DNA of 29,860 nucleotides from a virus (Duplodnaviria; Heunggongvirae; Uroviricota; Caudoviricetes): IMG/VR virus record IMGVR_UViG_2703718820_000019; one strand, 5' to 3'. Shown piece by piece: positions 1 to 6,974 of this stretch (position 1 is its first letter; each line of letters starts with the position of its first letter). The notes under the pieces were generated by a model. It saw only the letters and a program-made list of their open reading frames with translations, ran no database searches and was not told where the DNA came from. The position numbers and the translations under genes were made by a program.

Positions 1-981
1 TTATAACGTCACTCCTCCTTTTAGAGGATTCAGCGCGACGGCATTTTGCAGGTAGTCAGGCGCAAGGTGCGCATAGGCCATCGTCTGCTGAATGCTCGCA
101 TGTCCCAGAATCTGTTGCAGTGCGATTATATTGCCCCCATTCATCATGAAATGGCTTGCGAATGTATGCCGCAGGATGTGGGTTGCCTGATTGGGTGGTA
201 TATCTGGCTTCACTCTGCGTAAAATCCCGCAAAACTTCTCATAATCAACTTTGAATAATTTAGCGCTGGCCTCCTCTTTAACTTTTTTCTCCAGTTCCTC
301 AGAAATCGGCACGGTTCGCTTTTTACCGTTTTTGGTTTTCAGGAAGGTAACCCTGCAATTTGTAATCTGTGCTGGTTTTAGCGTGGCAACTTCCGTCCAT
401 CTTCCTCCAGTGCTCAGACATAAAAGTGCGACAAGTAAGTCATCACCAGCCAAAACATTTAACAGTTTTTCGATTTCTGCTTTTTCCAGGAACGTCATTT
501 CAGGGTTGGCCTCCGCCAGTGGCGGCAGTCCGTGAATTGGGTGTTGCCCGGAAAATTCATCCAATTGAATTAATTTTGTGAACATGCCGGATAATCGGTA
601 CATGTCACGGTTTATCGTTGCGGCACTGATACCATCACGTAGTCGCATGGAACGATAATCCATCAAAGCTCTTTTGCTCATCCGGCTCACTGGTATATCA
701 CCTATGCCGCTGATGGTTTTGAGCAGATGATTAAACTCTTTTGTTCCATGCTCGTGGTTTTGCCCGTGATATTTCCACCAGATGTCCAGCAACTCACTCA
801 AAGTTCGGCGATCTGCTCGCTGACCTGCCCATTCTTTCTGGCTGGCGTAGGCGATTGTGTATCGCTCAAATGCTACAGCCTCAGCTTTTCTTTCAAATTT
901 CCTGCGGATGCGTTTTCCGTCGCGACCGCGAGGTCTAATGTCCACTTCATAGCGTCCATCATCGAGCTTCTTAATTGACAT
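1..981 (-). CDS. int: P2-family tyrosine integrase (site-specific recombinase)
   Basis: ORF 1..1011 on minus strand. Translation aligns along its length with my recollection of P2 Int (N-terminus MSIKKLDDGRYEVDIRP..., C-terminal HxLRH...Y tyrosine-recombinase region ...HILRHTFASHFMMNGG...LGHASIQQTMAYAH). Preferred start is the ATG at 981 (SD-like GAGGG 7 nt upstream, matches the P2 Int N-terminus); the in-frame ATG at 1011 is an alternative. Stop codon is at 1-3, so the gene is complete but attL is outside the window. Confidence 0.9.
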   Translation of the reverse strand: MSIKKLDDGRYEVDIRPRGRDGKRIRRKFERKAEAVAFERYTIAYASQKEWAGQRADRRTLSELLDIWWKYHGQNHEHGTKEFNHLLKTISGIGDIPVSRMSKRALMDYRSMRLRDGISAATINRDMYRLSGMFTKLIQLDEFSGQHPIHGLPPLAEANPEMTFLEKAEIEKLLNVLAGDDLLVALLCLSTGGRWTEVATLKPAQITNCRVTFLKTKNGKKRTVPISEELEKKVKEEASAKLFKVDYEKFCGILRRVKPDIPPNQATHILRHTFASHFMMNGGNIIALQQILGHASIQQTMAYAHLAPDYLQNAVALNPLKGGVTL

Positions 982-1050
982 AAGAAAGCCCTCTGACGCT
1001 GTATTCACCATCTTGGTAACAAATGGTGAAAATGTAATGTTTATAGAGTG

Positions 1051-1344
1051 TTAACCAGTCTGTTTTTCGGAGTGGTCTGATTCTGTTGGTTTTTGCCCAA
1101 TGTGTGCGAGAGCCGGCGCGATCTGACCAGCTTGTGGTGACGTATCACCAGTCATTAACCAGAGCGTATATTTTTTAAATAAAGGCGTATTTGTGACTCG
1201 CATAACGATGCTGAGACCAGGGTCTTTATGCCCACTTTCGTAATTTTTGACTGTTCCTAGAGCTATCCCGCTAATTTCGCTGAATTTCGCCTGTGTTAAG
1301 CCTTCTGCTTTCCTAATCGCTTTCAGTTTTTCGAATGTCTGCAT
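1051..1344 (-). CDS. C: P2-type immunity repressor C (heteroimmune to P2)
   Basis: 97 aa; the C-terminal half (FxKYTLWLMTG...SGQIAPALAHxGQ) matches P2 repressor C as I remember it, but the N-terminal HTH region differs. Position is between int and cox, same strand as int, as in P2. Confidence 0.85.
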   Translation of the reverse strand: MQTFEKLKAIRKAEGLTQAKFSEISGIALGTVKNYESGHKDPGLSIVMRVTNTPLFKKYTLWLMTGDTSPQAGQIAPALAHIGQKPTESDHSEKQTG

Positions 1345-1373
1345 TTGACAGTAACCTATTGGTGACTTATATT
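1345..1373 (+). promoter_or_regulatory. Candidate early lytic promoter Pe (sigma70): TTGACA (1345-1350), 17-nt spacer, TATATT (1368-1373)
   Basis: Consensus -35 hexamer, 17-bp spacer and a 5/6 -10 hexamer read directly from the sequence, oriented toward cox. The -35 overlaps the C start codon, consistent with the face-to-face Pe/Pc arrangement of P2-like switches. Confidence 0.55.
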
Positions 1374-1400
1374 CCCGTCAAAAGGTTGTGTATTGGTGAC
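1357..1400. promoter_or_regulatory. Candidate repressor operators: direct repeats TATTGGTGAC at 1357-1366 and 1391-1400 flanking the putative Pe -10
   Basis: Perfect 10-bp direct repeat, 34 bp centre to centre, flanking the -10 hexamer. P2 C repressor is known to bind two direct repeats flanking the Pe -10 region. Confidence 0.5.
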
Positions 1401-1416
1401 CTTTTGGGTGTGTTAG

Positions 1417-1457
1417 CCAGTCCCTAGAAAGGACAGGGGCGACCTAGAAGGGACTGG
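1417..1457. promoter_or_regulatory. Candidate Cox-box / Pc-region element: direct repeats CCTAGAA(A/G)GGAC (1422-1434, 1442-1454) inside an inverted repeat CCAGTCCC...GGGACTGG (1417-1424 / 1450-1457)
   Basis: Repeat symmetry read directly from the sequence, located between the putative Pe and the cox start where the lysogenic promoter Pc and Cox binding sites lie in P2-like phages. Confidence 0.3.
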
Positions 1458-1496
1458 ATCTAATAAGGGTAACACGAAAGCAAAAAGGGCTAATCA

Positions 1497-1769
1497 ATGG
1501 AAGTCAATGACTATGTGATTCAGTACCCGATTGATGCGGTACATACGGTTAAGTTTGCAGAGTTACTTGGTAAGCCAGAAACGGCTGTAGTCAAGATGGT
1601 AAAAGAGAATAAATTGCCAGTTATTGAGCTTCGTGATCCAAGTAAGCCGAACGCTCGTGTCGGTGAGAAGTGGGTTTTCATTCCAGAGTTTAATCGCGCT
1701 GTACGAGAGGCGTTTTATAACCGACCAGTTGAACAGCGTGATGCATGGCTTTTGTGGATGGGGTTGTGA
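1497..1769 (+). CDS. cox: Cox-like excisionase / transcriptional switch protein
   Basis: 90 aa, divergent from C; similar size and sequence pattern to P2 Cox as I remember it (...KLPVIEL...GEKWVFIPEFN...DAWLLWMGL at the C-terminus). Confidence 0.85.
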   Translation: MEVNDYVIQYPIDAVHTVKFAELLGKPETAVVKMVKENKLPVIELRDPSKPNARVGEKWVFIPEFNRAVREAFYNRPVEQRDAWLLWMGL

Positions 1770-1771
1770 TT

Positions 1772-1942
1772 ATGAGTGAACCGCGTTGTATTGCTCAGTT
1801 ACTGCGTAACGAAAGCCCCAGGGCGATTGACTTCACCATCACCCACGGTAAGGGGCGTAAGGGAATCATTATCCGCACCAAAAAACAGAGTCCGTTAAAG
1901 AAGGCTCTGACCTTTCTGAAAAGCCGGAGGGTATGGAAATGA
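1772..1942 (+). CDS. Small basic hypothetical protein (position of P2 orf78)
   Basis: ATG at 1772, 2 nt after the cox stop, in frame with the listed ORF 1745..1942. Stop overlaps the B start region. No recognisable domain. Confidence 0.45.
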   Translation: MSEPRCIAQLLRNESPRAIDFTITHGKGRKGIIIRTKKQSPLKKALTFLKSRRVWK

Positions 1943-2439
1943 CAGTGATGACGCTCAATCTCGTTGAAAAACAGCCAGCAACTATGCGCCGGATAATTGG
2001 TAAGCATCTGGCAGTCCCTCGCTGGCAGGAGACATGCGATTATTATAATCAGATGATGGAACGCGAACGGCTAACGGTTTGCTTTCATGCGCAGTTAAAA
2101 CAGCGTCACGCAACGATGCGTTTTGAAGAAATGAACGACGTCGAACGTGAACGACTGGTATGTGCAATTGATGAACTGCGTGGGGCATTCTCAAAACGCC
2201 GTCAGGTTGGCGCAAGTGAGTATGCATATATTAGTTTTTTAACGGTCAGTCAGCGTCGTACTTTATTTATGCATGCCGGATTGACTGAAAAAGAATTCAA
2301 TCAGCCATACTGGCGAATTAATGAAGAGTCATGTTACTGGCGTGATGCTTTATTCCGTGCATTACGTGAACTATTCAGTCTGTTTGAGTATGCACCGACA
2401 ATTCTGACGTCGGTAAAACCAGAGCAATATTTGCATTAA
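1939..2439 (+). CDS. B: Replication protein B (helicase-loader-like)
   Basis: Translation (MTVMTLNLVEKQPATMRRIIGKHLAVPRWQ...) is near-identical to P2 gpB as I remember it. Start at the ATG at 1939 (SD GGAGG 8 nt upstream) gives 166 aa, the P2 B length; the ATG at 1933 is an alternative. Confidence 0.9.
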   Translation: MTVMTLNLVEKQPATMRRIIGKHLAVPRWQETCDYYNQMMERERLTVCFHAQLKQRHATMRFEEMNDVERERLVCAIDELRGAFSKRRQVGASEYAYISFLTVSQRRTLFMHAGLTEKEFNQPYWRINEESCYWRDALFRALRELFSLFEYAPTILTSVKPEQYLH

Positions 2440-2502
2440 ATAATTAACCAGAGTTTTTAACGCACTTAATCGTGCGGGGCTTCTTTTTGCCTGGAGAAAG
2501 TC

Positions 2503-2727
2503 ATGCATACAGTTTCTGAAAATCAGTGCGGTAAATACGCATTACTGCTGCAACAGGCCAGAACCGAAGCACAGGCCGACGCTGCGACGCGCTTTTCTTC
2601 TCATCTTGACGCCATGATTCGCCATATCACAAAGGCGGAGTTATCCCGCGTGGAGATAGTCGAGCTGCTCAGTCAGGAGTCGGAAAAATTTCACAATATC
2701 GGATTGTCTCGCGGGGAGGTGCTTTGA
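2503..2727 (+). CDS. P2 orf80-like hypothetical protein
   Basis: 74-aa ORF in the conserved position after B in the early operon; stop overlaps the next start (TGATG). Confidence 0.65.
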   Translation: MHTVSENQCGKYALLLQQARTEAQADAATRFSSHLDAMIRHITKAELSRVEIVELLSQESEKFHNIGLSRGEVL

Positions 2728-3026
2728 TGTCCTGTTCTCATTCAGTTGTATTACTGAATAACGCCTTAAAAATCGCCGTTATGAAAAATGGCGATTTGTC
2801 TCTTATTCAACTTTGTCTTGATAAAGAAAAACGCGACATCACTGAATCTGTTATCGCGATTTATCAGAATGAATTAAACCTCCTGTCTGATGTGGTCAAT
2901 TTACTTGTTAAACGCGCTGTATTCCACAAGCAAATTTCCTCAGTGGATGAACTGACAAAATTAACGACAGAACTTGCCAGTTATTGCGCTGATGTATCCA
3001 GGAAACTTAACGATAAAAGGAGCTGA
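2727..3026 (+). CDS. P2 orf81-like hypothetical protein
   Basis: ATG at 2727 overlapping the upstream stop; 99 aa. The listed ORF start at 2724 is a TTG. Confidence 0.65.
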   Translation: MSCSHSVVLLNNALKIAVMKNGDLSLIQLCLDKEKRDITESVIAIYQNELNLLSDVVNLLVKRAVFHKQISSVDELTKLTTELASYCADVSRKLNDKRS

Positions 3027-3028
3027 TA

Positions 3029-3253
3029 ATGCCGGACAACGTAGATTTTATTCAGGAACAACAGGTTGAATTACTGGAGCGCCAGATTAACGCGGCAAGG
3101 GTAAAACATTGCGGTGCTTCTGCGCTGGTTTGCGAAGAGTGTGACGCGCCAATACCTGCTGCCCGTCGTGCGGCTTATCCGTCAGCCACGCGTTGTGTTT
3201 CCTGTCAGTCAGTCTTTGAAGCAAAAAACAAACATTACCGGAGAACGGCATGA
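3029..3253 (+). CDS. TraR/DksA-family C4 zinc-finger protein (P2 orf82-like)
   Basis: 74 aa with CxxC...CxxC (CEECDAP...CVSCQ), typical of the phage TraR/DksA-like zinc finger. SD AAAAGGAG upstream; ATGA overlap with the next ORF. Confidence 0.75.
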   Translation: MPDNVDFIQEQQVELLERQINAARVKHCGASALVCEECDAPIPAARRAAYPSATRCVSCQSVFEAKNKHYRRTA

Positions 3254-3525
3254 GTATTCGTATTGAAATTGGCGAACGTTATGTCGTTACCAGTGACAGC
3301 TTTCAGTTTATCCTCCACGAGAAAAAGAGAGCGGAAAGCGGTAAAAACGCCGGTCAGGAATGGCTGTCGGTGGTTGGTTATTACCCGAAATTAAGCCAGC
3401 TCGTTTCCGGCCTGATGCATCACGATATTCTGACCGGAAGCGCAAAGTCTTTTGCTGATTTAAACGCGCAGGTTGAGCAACTCAGCAAGCGTTGTTCAGA
3501 GGCTTTTGGCTCATATGGCCGTTAA
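3250..3525 (+). CDS. P2 orf83-like hypothetical protein
   Basis: 91-aa ORF translationally coupled to orf82; its 3' end overlaps the A start by 11 nt. Confidence 0.65.
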   Translation: MSIRIEIGERYVVTSDSFQFILHEKKRAESGKNAGQEWLSVVGYYPKLSQLVSGLMHHDILTGSAKSFADLNAQVEQLSKRCSEAFGSYGR

Positions 3526-5800
3526 AGCCTCCGGGCGTTTTGTCCCTCCGTCAGCATTTGCCGCAGGCACCGGTAAGGCGTTTACCGGTGCTTATGCATG
3601 GAACGCGCCACGCGAGGCCGTCGGGCGAGAAAGACCTCTTACACGTGACGAGATGCGTCAGGTGCAAGGTGTTTTATCCACGATTAACCGCCTGCCTTAC
3701 TTTTTGCGCTCGCTGTTTACTTCACGCTATGACTACATCCGGCGCAATAAAAGCCCGGTGCACGGGTTTTATTTTCTCACATCCACTTTTCAGCGTCGTT
3801 TATGGCCGCGCATTGAGCGTGTGAATCAGCGCCATGAAATGAACACCGACGCGTCGTTGCTGTTTCTGGCAGAGCGTGACCATTATGCGCGTCTGCCGGG
3901 GATGAATGACAAGGAGCTGAAAAAGTTTGCCGCCCGTATCTCATCGCAGCTTTTCATGATGTATGAGGAACTCTGCGATGCCTGGGTGGATGCGCATGGC
4001 GAAAAAGAATCGCTGTTTACGGATGAGGCGCAGGATCATCTGTATGGTCATGTTGCTGGCGCTGCACGTGCTTTCAATATTTCCCCGCTCTACTGGAAAA
4101 AATACCGTAAAGGACAGATAACCACGAGGCAGGCATATTCTGCCATTGCCCGCCTATTTAACGATGAGTGGTGGACTCATCAGCTTAAAGGCCAGCGTAT
4201 GCGCTGGCATGAGGCGTTACTGATTGCTGTCGGGGAGGTCAATAAAGACCGTTCTCCTTATGCCAGTAAACATGCCATTCGTGATGTGCGTGCGCGCCGC
4301 CAGGCAAATCTGGAATTTCTTAAATCGTGTGACCTTGAAAACAGGGAAACCGGCGAGCGCATCGACCTTATCAGTAAGGTGATGGGCAGTATTTCTAATC
4401 CTGAAATTCGCCGGATGGAGCTGATGAACACCATTGCCGGTATTGAACGTTACGCCGCCGCAGAGGGTGATGTGGGGATGTTTATCACGCTGACCGCGCC
4501 GTCAAAGTATCACCCGACACGTCAGGTCGGAAAAGGCGAAAGTAAAACCGTTCAGCTTAATCACGGCTGGAACGATGAGGCATTTAATCCAAAGGATGCG
4601 CAGCGTTATCTCTGCCGTATCTGGAGCCTGATGCGTACGGCATTCAAGGATAATGATTTACAGGTCTACGGTTTGCGTGTCGTCGAGCCACACCACGACG
4701 GAACGCCGCACTGGCATATGATGCTTTTTTGTAATCCACGCCAGCGTAACCAGATTATCGAAATCATGCGTCGCTATGCGCTCAAAGAGGATGGCGACGA
4801 AAGAGGAGCCGCGCGAAACCGTTTTCAGGCAAAGCACCTTAACCGGGGCGGTGCTGCGGGATATATCGCGAAATACATTTCAAAAAATATCGACGGCTAT
4901 GCACTGGATGGTCAGCTCGATAACGATACCGGTAAGCCGCTTAAAGATACTGCCGCGGCTGTTACCGCATGGGCGTCAACGTGGCGCATCCCGCAATTTA
5001 AAACGGTTGGACTGCCGACAATGGGGGCTTACCGTGAACTACGCAAATTGCCTCGCGGCGTCAGTATTGCTGATGAGTTTGACGAACGCGTCGAGGCTGC
5101 TCGCGCTGCCGCAGACAGTGGTGATTTTGCGTTGTATATCAGCGCGCAGGGTGGGGCAAATGTCCCGCGCGATTGTCAGACTGTCAGGGTTGCCCGTAGC
5201 CCGTCGGATGACGTTAACGAGTACGAGGAAGAAGTCGAGAGAGTGGTCGGCATTTACGCGCCGCATCTCGGCGCGCGTCATATTCATATCACCAGAACGA
5301 CGGACTGGCGCATTGTACCGAAAGTTCCGGTCGTTGAGCCTTTGACTTTAAAAAGCGGCATCGCCGCGCCTCGGAGTCCTGTCAATAACTGTGGAAAGCT
5401 CACCGGTGGTGATACTTCGTTACCGGCTCCAACGCCTTCTGAGCACGCCGCAGCAGTGCTTAATCTGGTTGATGATGGTGTTATCGAATGGAATGACCCG
5501 GAGGTCGTGAGGGCGCTCAGGGGCGCATTAAAACACGACCTGAGAACACCAAGCCGTCAGCAAAGAAACGGAAGCCCGTTAAAACCGCATGAAATTGCAC
5601 CATCGGCCAGACTGACCCGGTCGGAACGATTGCAAATCACCCGTATCCGCGTTGACCTTGCTCAGAACGGTATCAGGCCGCAGCGATGGGAGCTTGAGGC
5701 GCTGGCGCGTGGCGCGACCGTAAATTACGACGGGAAAAAATTCACGTATCCGGTCGCTGATGAGTGGCCGGGATTCTCAACAGTAATGGAGTGGACATGA
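3515..5800 (+). CDS. A: Replication initiation protein A (rolling-circle HUH endonuclease)
   Basis: From the ATG at 3515 (MAVKASGRFVPPSAFAAGTGK...) gives 761 aa, the P2 A length, and is near-identical to P2 gpA as I remember it. Contains the HUH motif (PHWHMMLF) and the active-site tyrosine pair (GYIAKYISKN). The listed ORF start at 3473 is a TTG. Confidence 0.95.
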   Translation: MAVKASGRFVPPSAFAAGTGKAFTGAYAWNAPREAVGRERPLTRDEMRQVQGVLSTINRLPYFLRSLFTSRYDYIRRNKSPVHGFYFLTSTFQRRLWPRIERVNQRHEMNTDASLLFLAERDHYARLPGMNDKELKKFAARISSQLFMMYEELCDAWVDAHGEKESLFTDEAQDHLYGHVAGAARAFNISPLYWKKYRKGQITTRQAYSAIARLFNDEWWTHQLKGQRMRWHEALLIAVGEVNKDRSPYASKHAIRDVRARRQANLEFLKSCDLENRETGERIDLISKVMGSISNPEIRRMELMNTIAGIERYAAAEGDVGMFITLTAPSKYHPTRQVGKGESKTVQLNHGWNDEAFNPKDAQRYLCRIWSLMRTAFKDNDLQVYGLRVVEPHHDGTPHWHMMLFCNPRQRNQIIEIMRRYALKEDGDERGAARNRFQAKHLNRGGAAGYIAKYISKNIDGYALDGQLDNDTGKPLKDTAAAVTAWASTWRIPQFKTVGLPTMGAYRELRKLPRGVSIADEFDERVEAARAAADSGDFALYISAQGGANVPRDCQTVRVARSPSDDVNEYEEEVERVVGIYAPHLGARHIHITRTTDWRIVPKVPVVEPLTLKSGIAAPRSPVNNCGKLTGGDTSLPAPTPSEHAAAVLNLVDDGVIEWNDPEVVRALRGALKHDLRTPSRQQRNGSPLKPHEIAPSARLTRSERLQITRIRVDLAQNGIRPQRWELEALARGATVNYDGKKFTYPVADEWPGFSTVMEWT
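5366..5385 (+). other. Candidate origin of replication / A-protein nick site (GCGCCTCGGAGTCCTGTCAA) inside gene A
   Basis: Sequence matches my recollection of the P2 ori nick region, which lies within the A coding sequence. Recalled from memory, not verified. Confidence 0.4.
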
Positions 5801-6252
5801 TGGCAAAAATTCACGAGGTAAAGCTGCACGCAAAATATTTCGACCTTGTACTGGAAGGAAAGAAACGCGCAGAGTTTCGGAAAAATGACCGTAATTATGA
5901 GCGTGGGGACACGTTGATTTTGCATGAATGGGTGCAGGGTGTGTATACGGGGCGAAAGGTTGAAGCCCGGATAACAGATGTTACTGACCTGTCAGACTGG
6001 CTGGAAGATTATGTCTTGCTAAGTATTGAGCGGCTTAATACAGGCGAATATGAGATTGTGAACTGGAAAGAACTTAGTGAGCGTGGTCTGGTATTCAGAA
6101 TTAATCATGAAATTATGCATCAGCTCGGCCTTGCTGTTATGTATGAATCAGAGACGGGGATGTCTGGCGGGGCAATGGTAGCCACGGATGGAGCATGGAA
6201 CTATTCAGATGAACAGATGGAGCGTGCAAAGCAAAACGGGTGGCTTGGATAA
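5800..6252 (+). CDS. ASCH/DUF3850-like (PUA-fold) domain protein with a C-terminal extension of unknown function; cargo at the P2 tin/old position
   Basis: ATG at 5800 (ATGATG overlapping the A stop TGA; SD GGAG 7 nt upstream). The N-terminal ~75 aa carry the ASCH signature GxKxxExR (EGKKRAEFRKNDR...GD) and the DUF3850-like pattern HEVKLHAKYFDLVLEGKK. The C-terminal ~75 aa have no recognisable motif. Not a homologue of P2 orf91, tin or old. Confidence 0.75.
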   Translation: MAKIHEVKLHAKYFDLVLEGKKRAEFRKNDRNYERGDTLILHEWVQGVYTGRKVEARITDVTDLSDWLEDYVLLSIERLNTGEYEIVNWKELSERGLVFRINHEIMHQLGLAVMYESETGMSGGAMVATDGAWNYSDEQMERAKQNGWLG

Positions 6253-6458
6253 TGCACAGAATACCAGGCGAGATACCGCACCATAAAACTAAAAATATCA
6301 AGCTGATGGCTATTGTTCAGCGTTTACAGCGGATTATGGTCAACGAAAATCTGACGCCCGATGAGCTGGTCGGGTGTGCCGAAATAGTACGGGATAATTA
6401 CGGGCGGCTTAACTATATCGGTCAGTCCAGAGTTGCGCCACCACCACGCAGACTATAG
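6252..6458 (+). CDS. Small hypothetical protein translationally coupled to the ASCH-like gene
   Basis: ATG at 6252 overlapping the upstream stop (TAATG); 68 aa, no recognisable domain. The listed ORF start at 6240 is a GTG. Confidence 0.45.
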   Translation: MHRIPGEIPHHKTKNIKLMAIVQRLQRIMVNENLTPDELVGCAEIVRDNYGRLNYIGQSRVAPPPRRL

Positions 6459-6601
6459 AGAACGCCGCCAGTCGTGAAACTTGTTTTCAGGGCTGGCGGG
6501 GTTGAACAACGAGCGTAGCGAGGCGTTAGCTGGTTATCAGATTGACTCCTGGTATTATTGGCGCATAGCGCGGCCAGTAACCACAATGAAGCCGACTCAA
6601 A

Positions 6602-6627
6602 CCGGCAACCTGAATGCCGGTTTTTTT
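6602..6627 (+). terminator. Rho-independent terminator ending the early (A-cargo) operon
   Basis: Stem CCGGCA (6602-6607) / TGCCGG (6615-6620), 7-nt loop, followed by TTTTTTT (6621-6627). Confidence 0.6.
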
Positions 6628-6786
6628 ATGCGTTTTTTCAGTATGTTCTGCCATTTTTAGCTCTGCATGCATTACTGCATCGAATCGCATGCATTTTCCT
6701 TCCCAGTCACGTGTGAGCGCCGCTGGTACTGGCGCGCTTCCGGCGTGTTCGTGCATCTGCATTAAAACCACCCCATGAAGCGGGCG

Positions 6787-6805
6787 GGCGAGGCGGGGAA
6801 AGCAC
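6787..6805. other. cos: cos site: 19-nt cohesive-end sequence GGCGAGGCGGGGAAAGCAC
   Basis: Exact match to the P2 cohesive-end sequence as I remember it, at the expected position between the early-region end and gene Q. Confidence 0.7.
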
Positions 6806-6945
6806 TGCGCGCTGGCGGTGGTGCTGATTTTATTTTTTCAGCATCTGAGCGCGTCGTGAAGGCGCTTAGTCTGCCAGTTGAGGCGTTGGTGTGTCTGCGG
6901 GGTGTTTTGTGCTGTGGTGAGCGTGTGAGGGCGTGATGACGGGGT

Positions 6946-6969
6946 GTAAAAAAGCCGCCCGCAGGCGGC
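6946..6969 (-). terminator. Rho-independent terminator after Q (end of the P-Q operon)
   Basis: On the minus strand, hairpin GCCGCC-cgca-GGCGGC (6954-6969) immediately after the Q stop, followed by a U-run (plus-strand AAAAAA at 6948-6953). Confidence 0.55.
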
Positions 6970-6974
6970 GATGT

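Noticed and set aside
2440-2502. Possible terminator between B and orf80 (CGCAC...GTGCG followed by a T-rich stretch)
   Set aside because: Short weak stem with an interrupted T-tract inside a continuous early operon; more likely just the intergenic SD region.
3473-3514. Upstream extensions of A (3473), L (12728), O (9889), P (to 9811), ogr (27936), fieF (28940) and X (13228) as listed in the ORF track
   Set aside because: Several listed starts are non-ATG codons (TTG/GTG) or lack an SD. The internal ATG starts reproduce the known P2 or E. coli protein lengths and have better ribosome-binding sites.
6526-6771. 81-aa minus-strand ORF next to cos (ATG-initiated version 6526..6762)
   Set aside because: It overlaps a strong plus-strand terminator (6602-6627) and the TGCAT-repeat region beside cos, has no obvious promoter or SD, and a GTG at its listed start. 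More likely a chance ORF over cis-acting DNA; kept only as a low-probability candidate.
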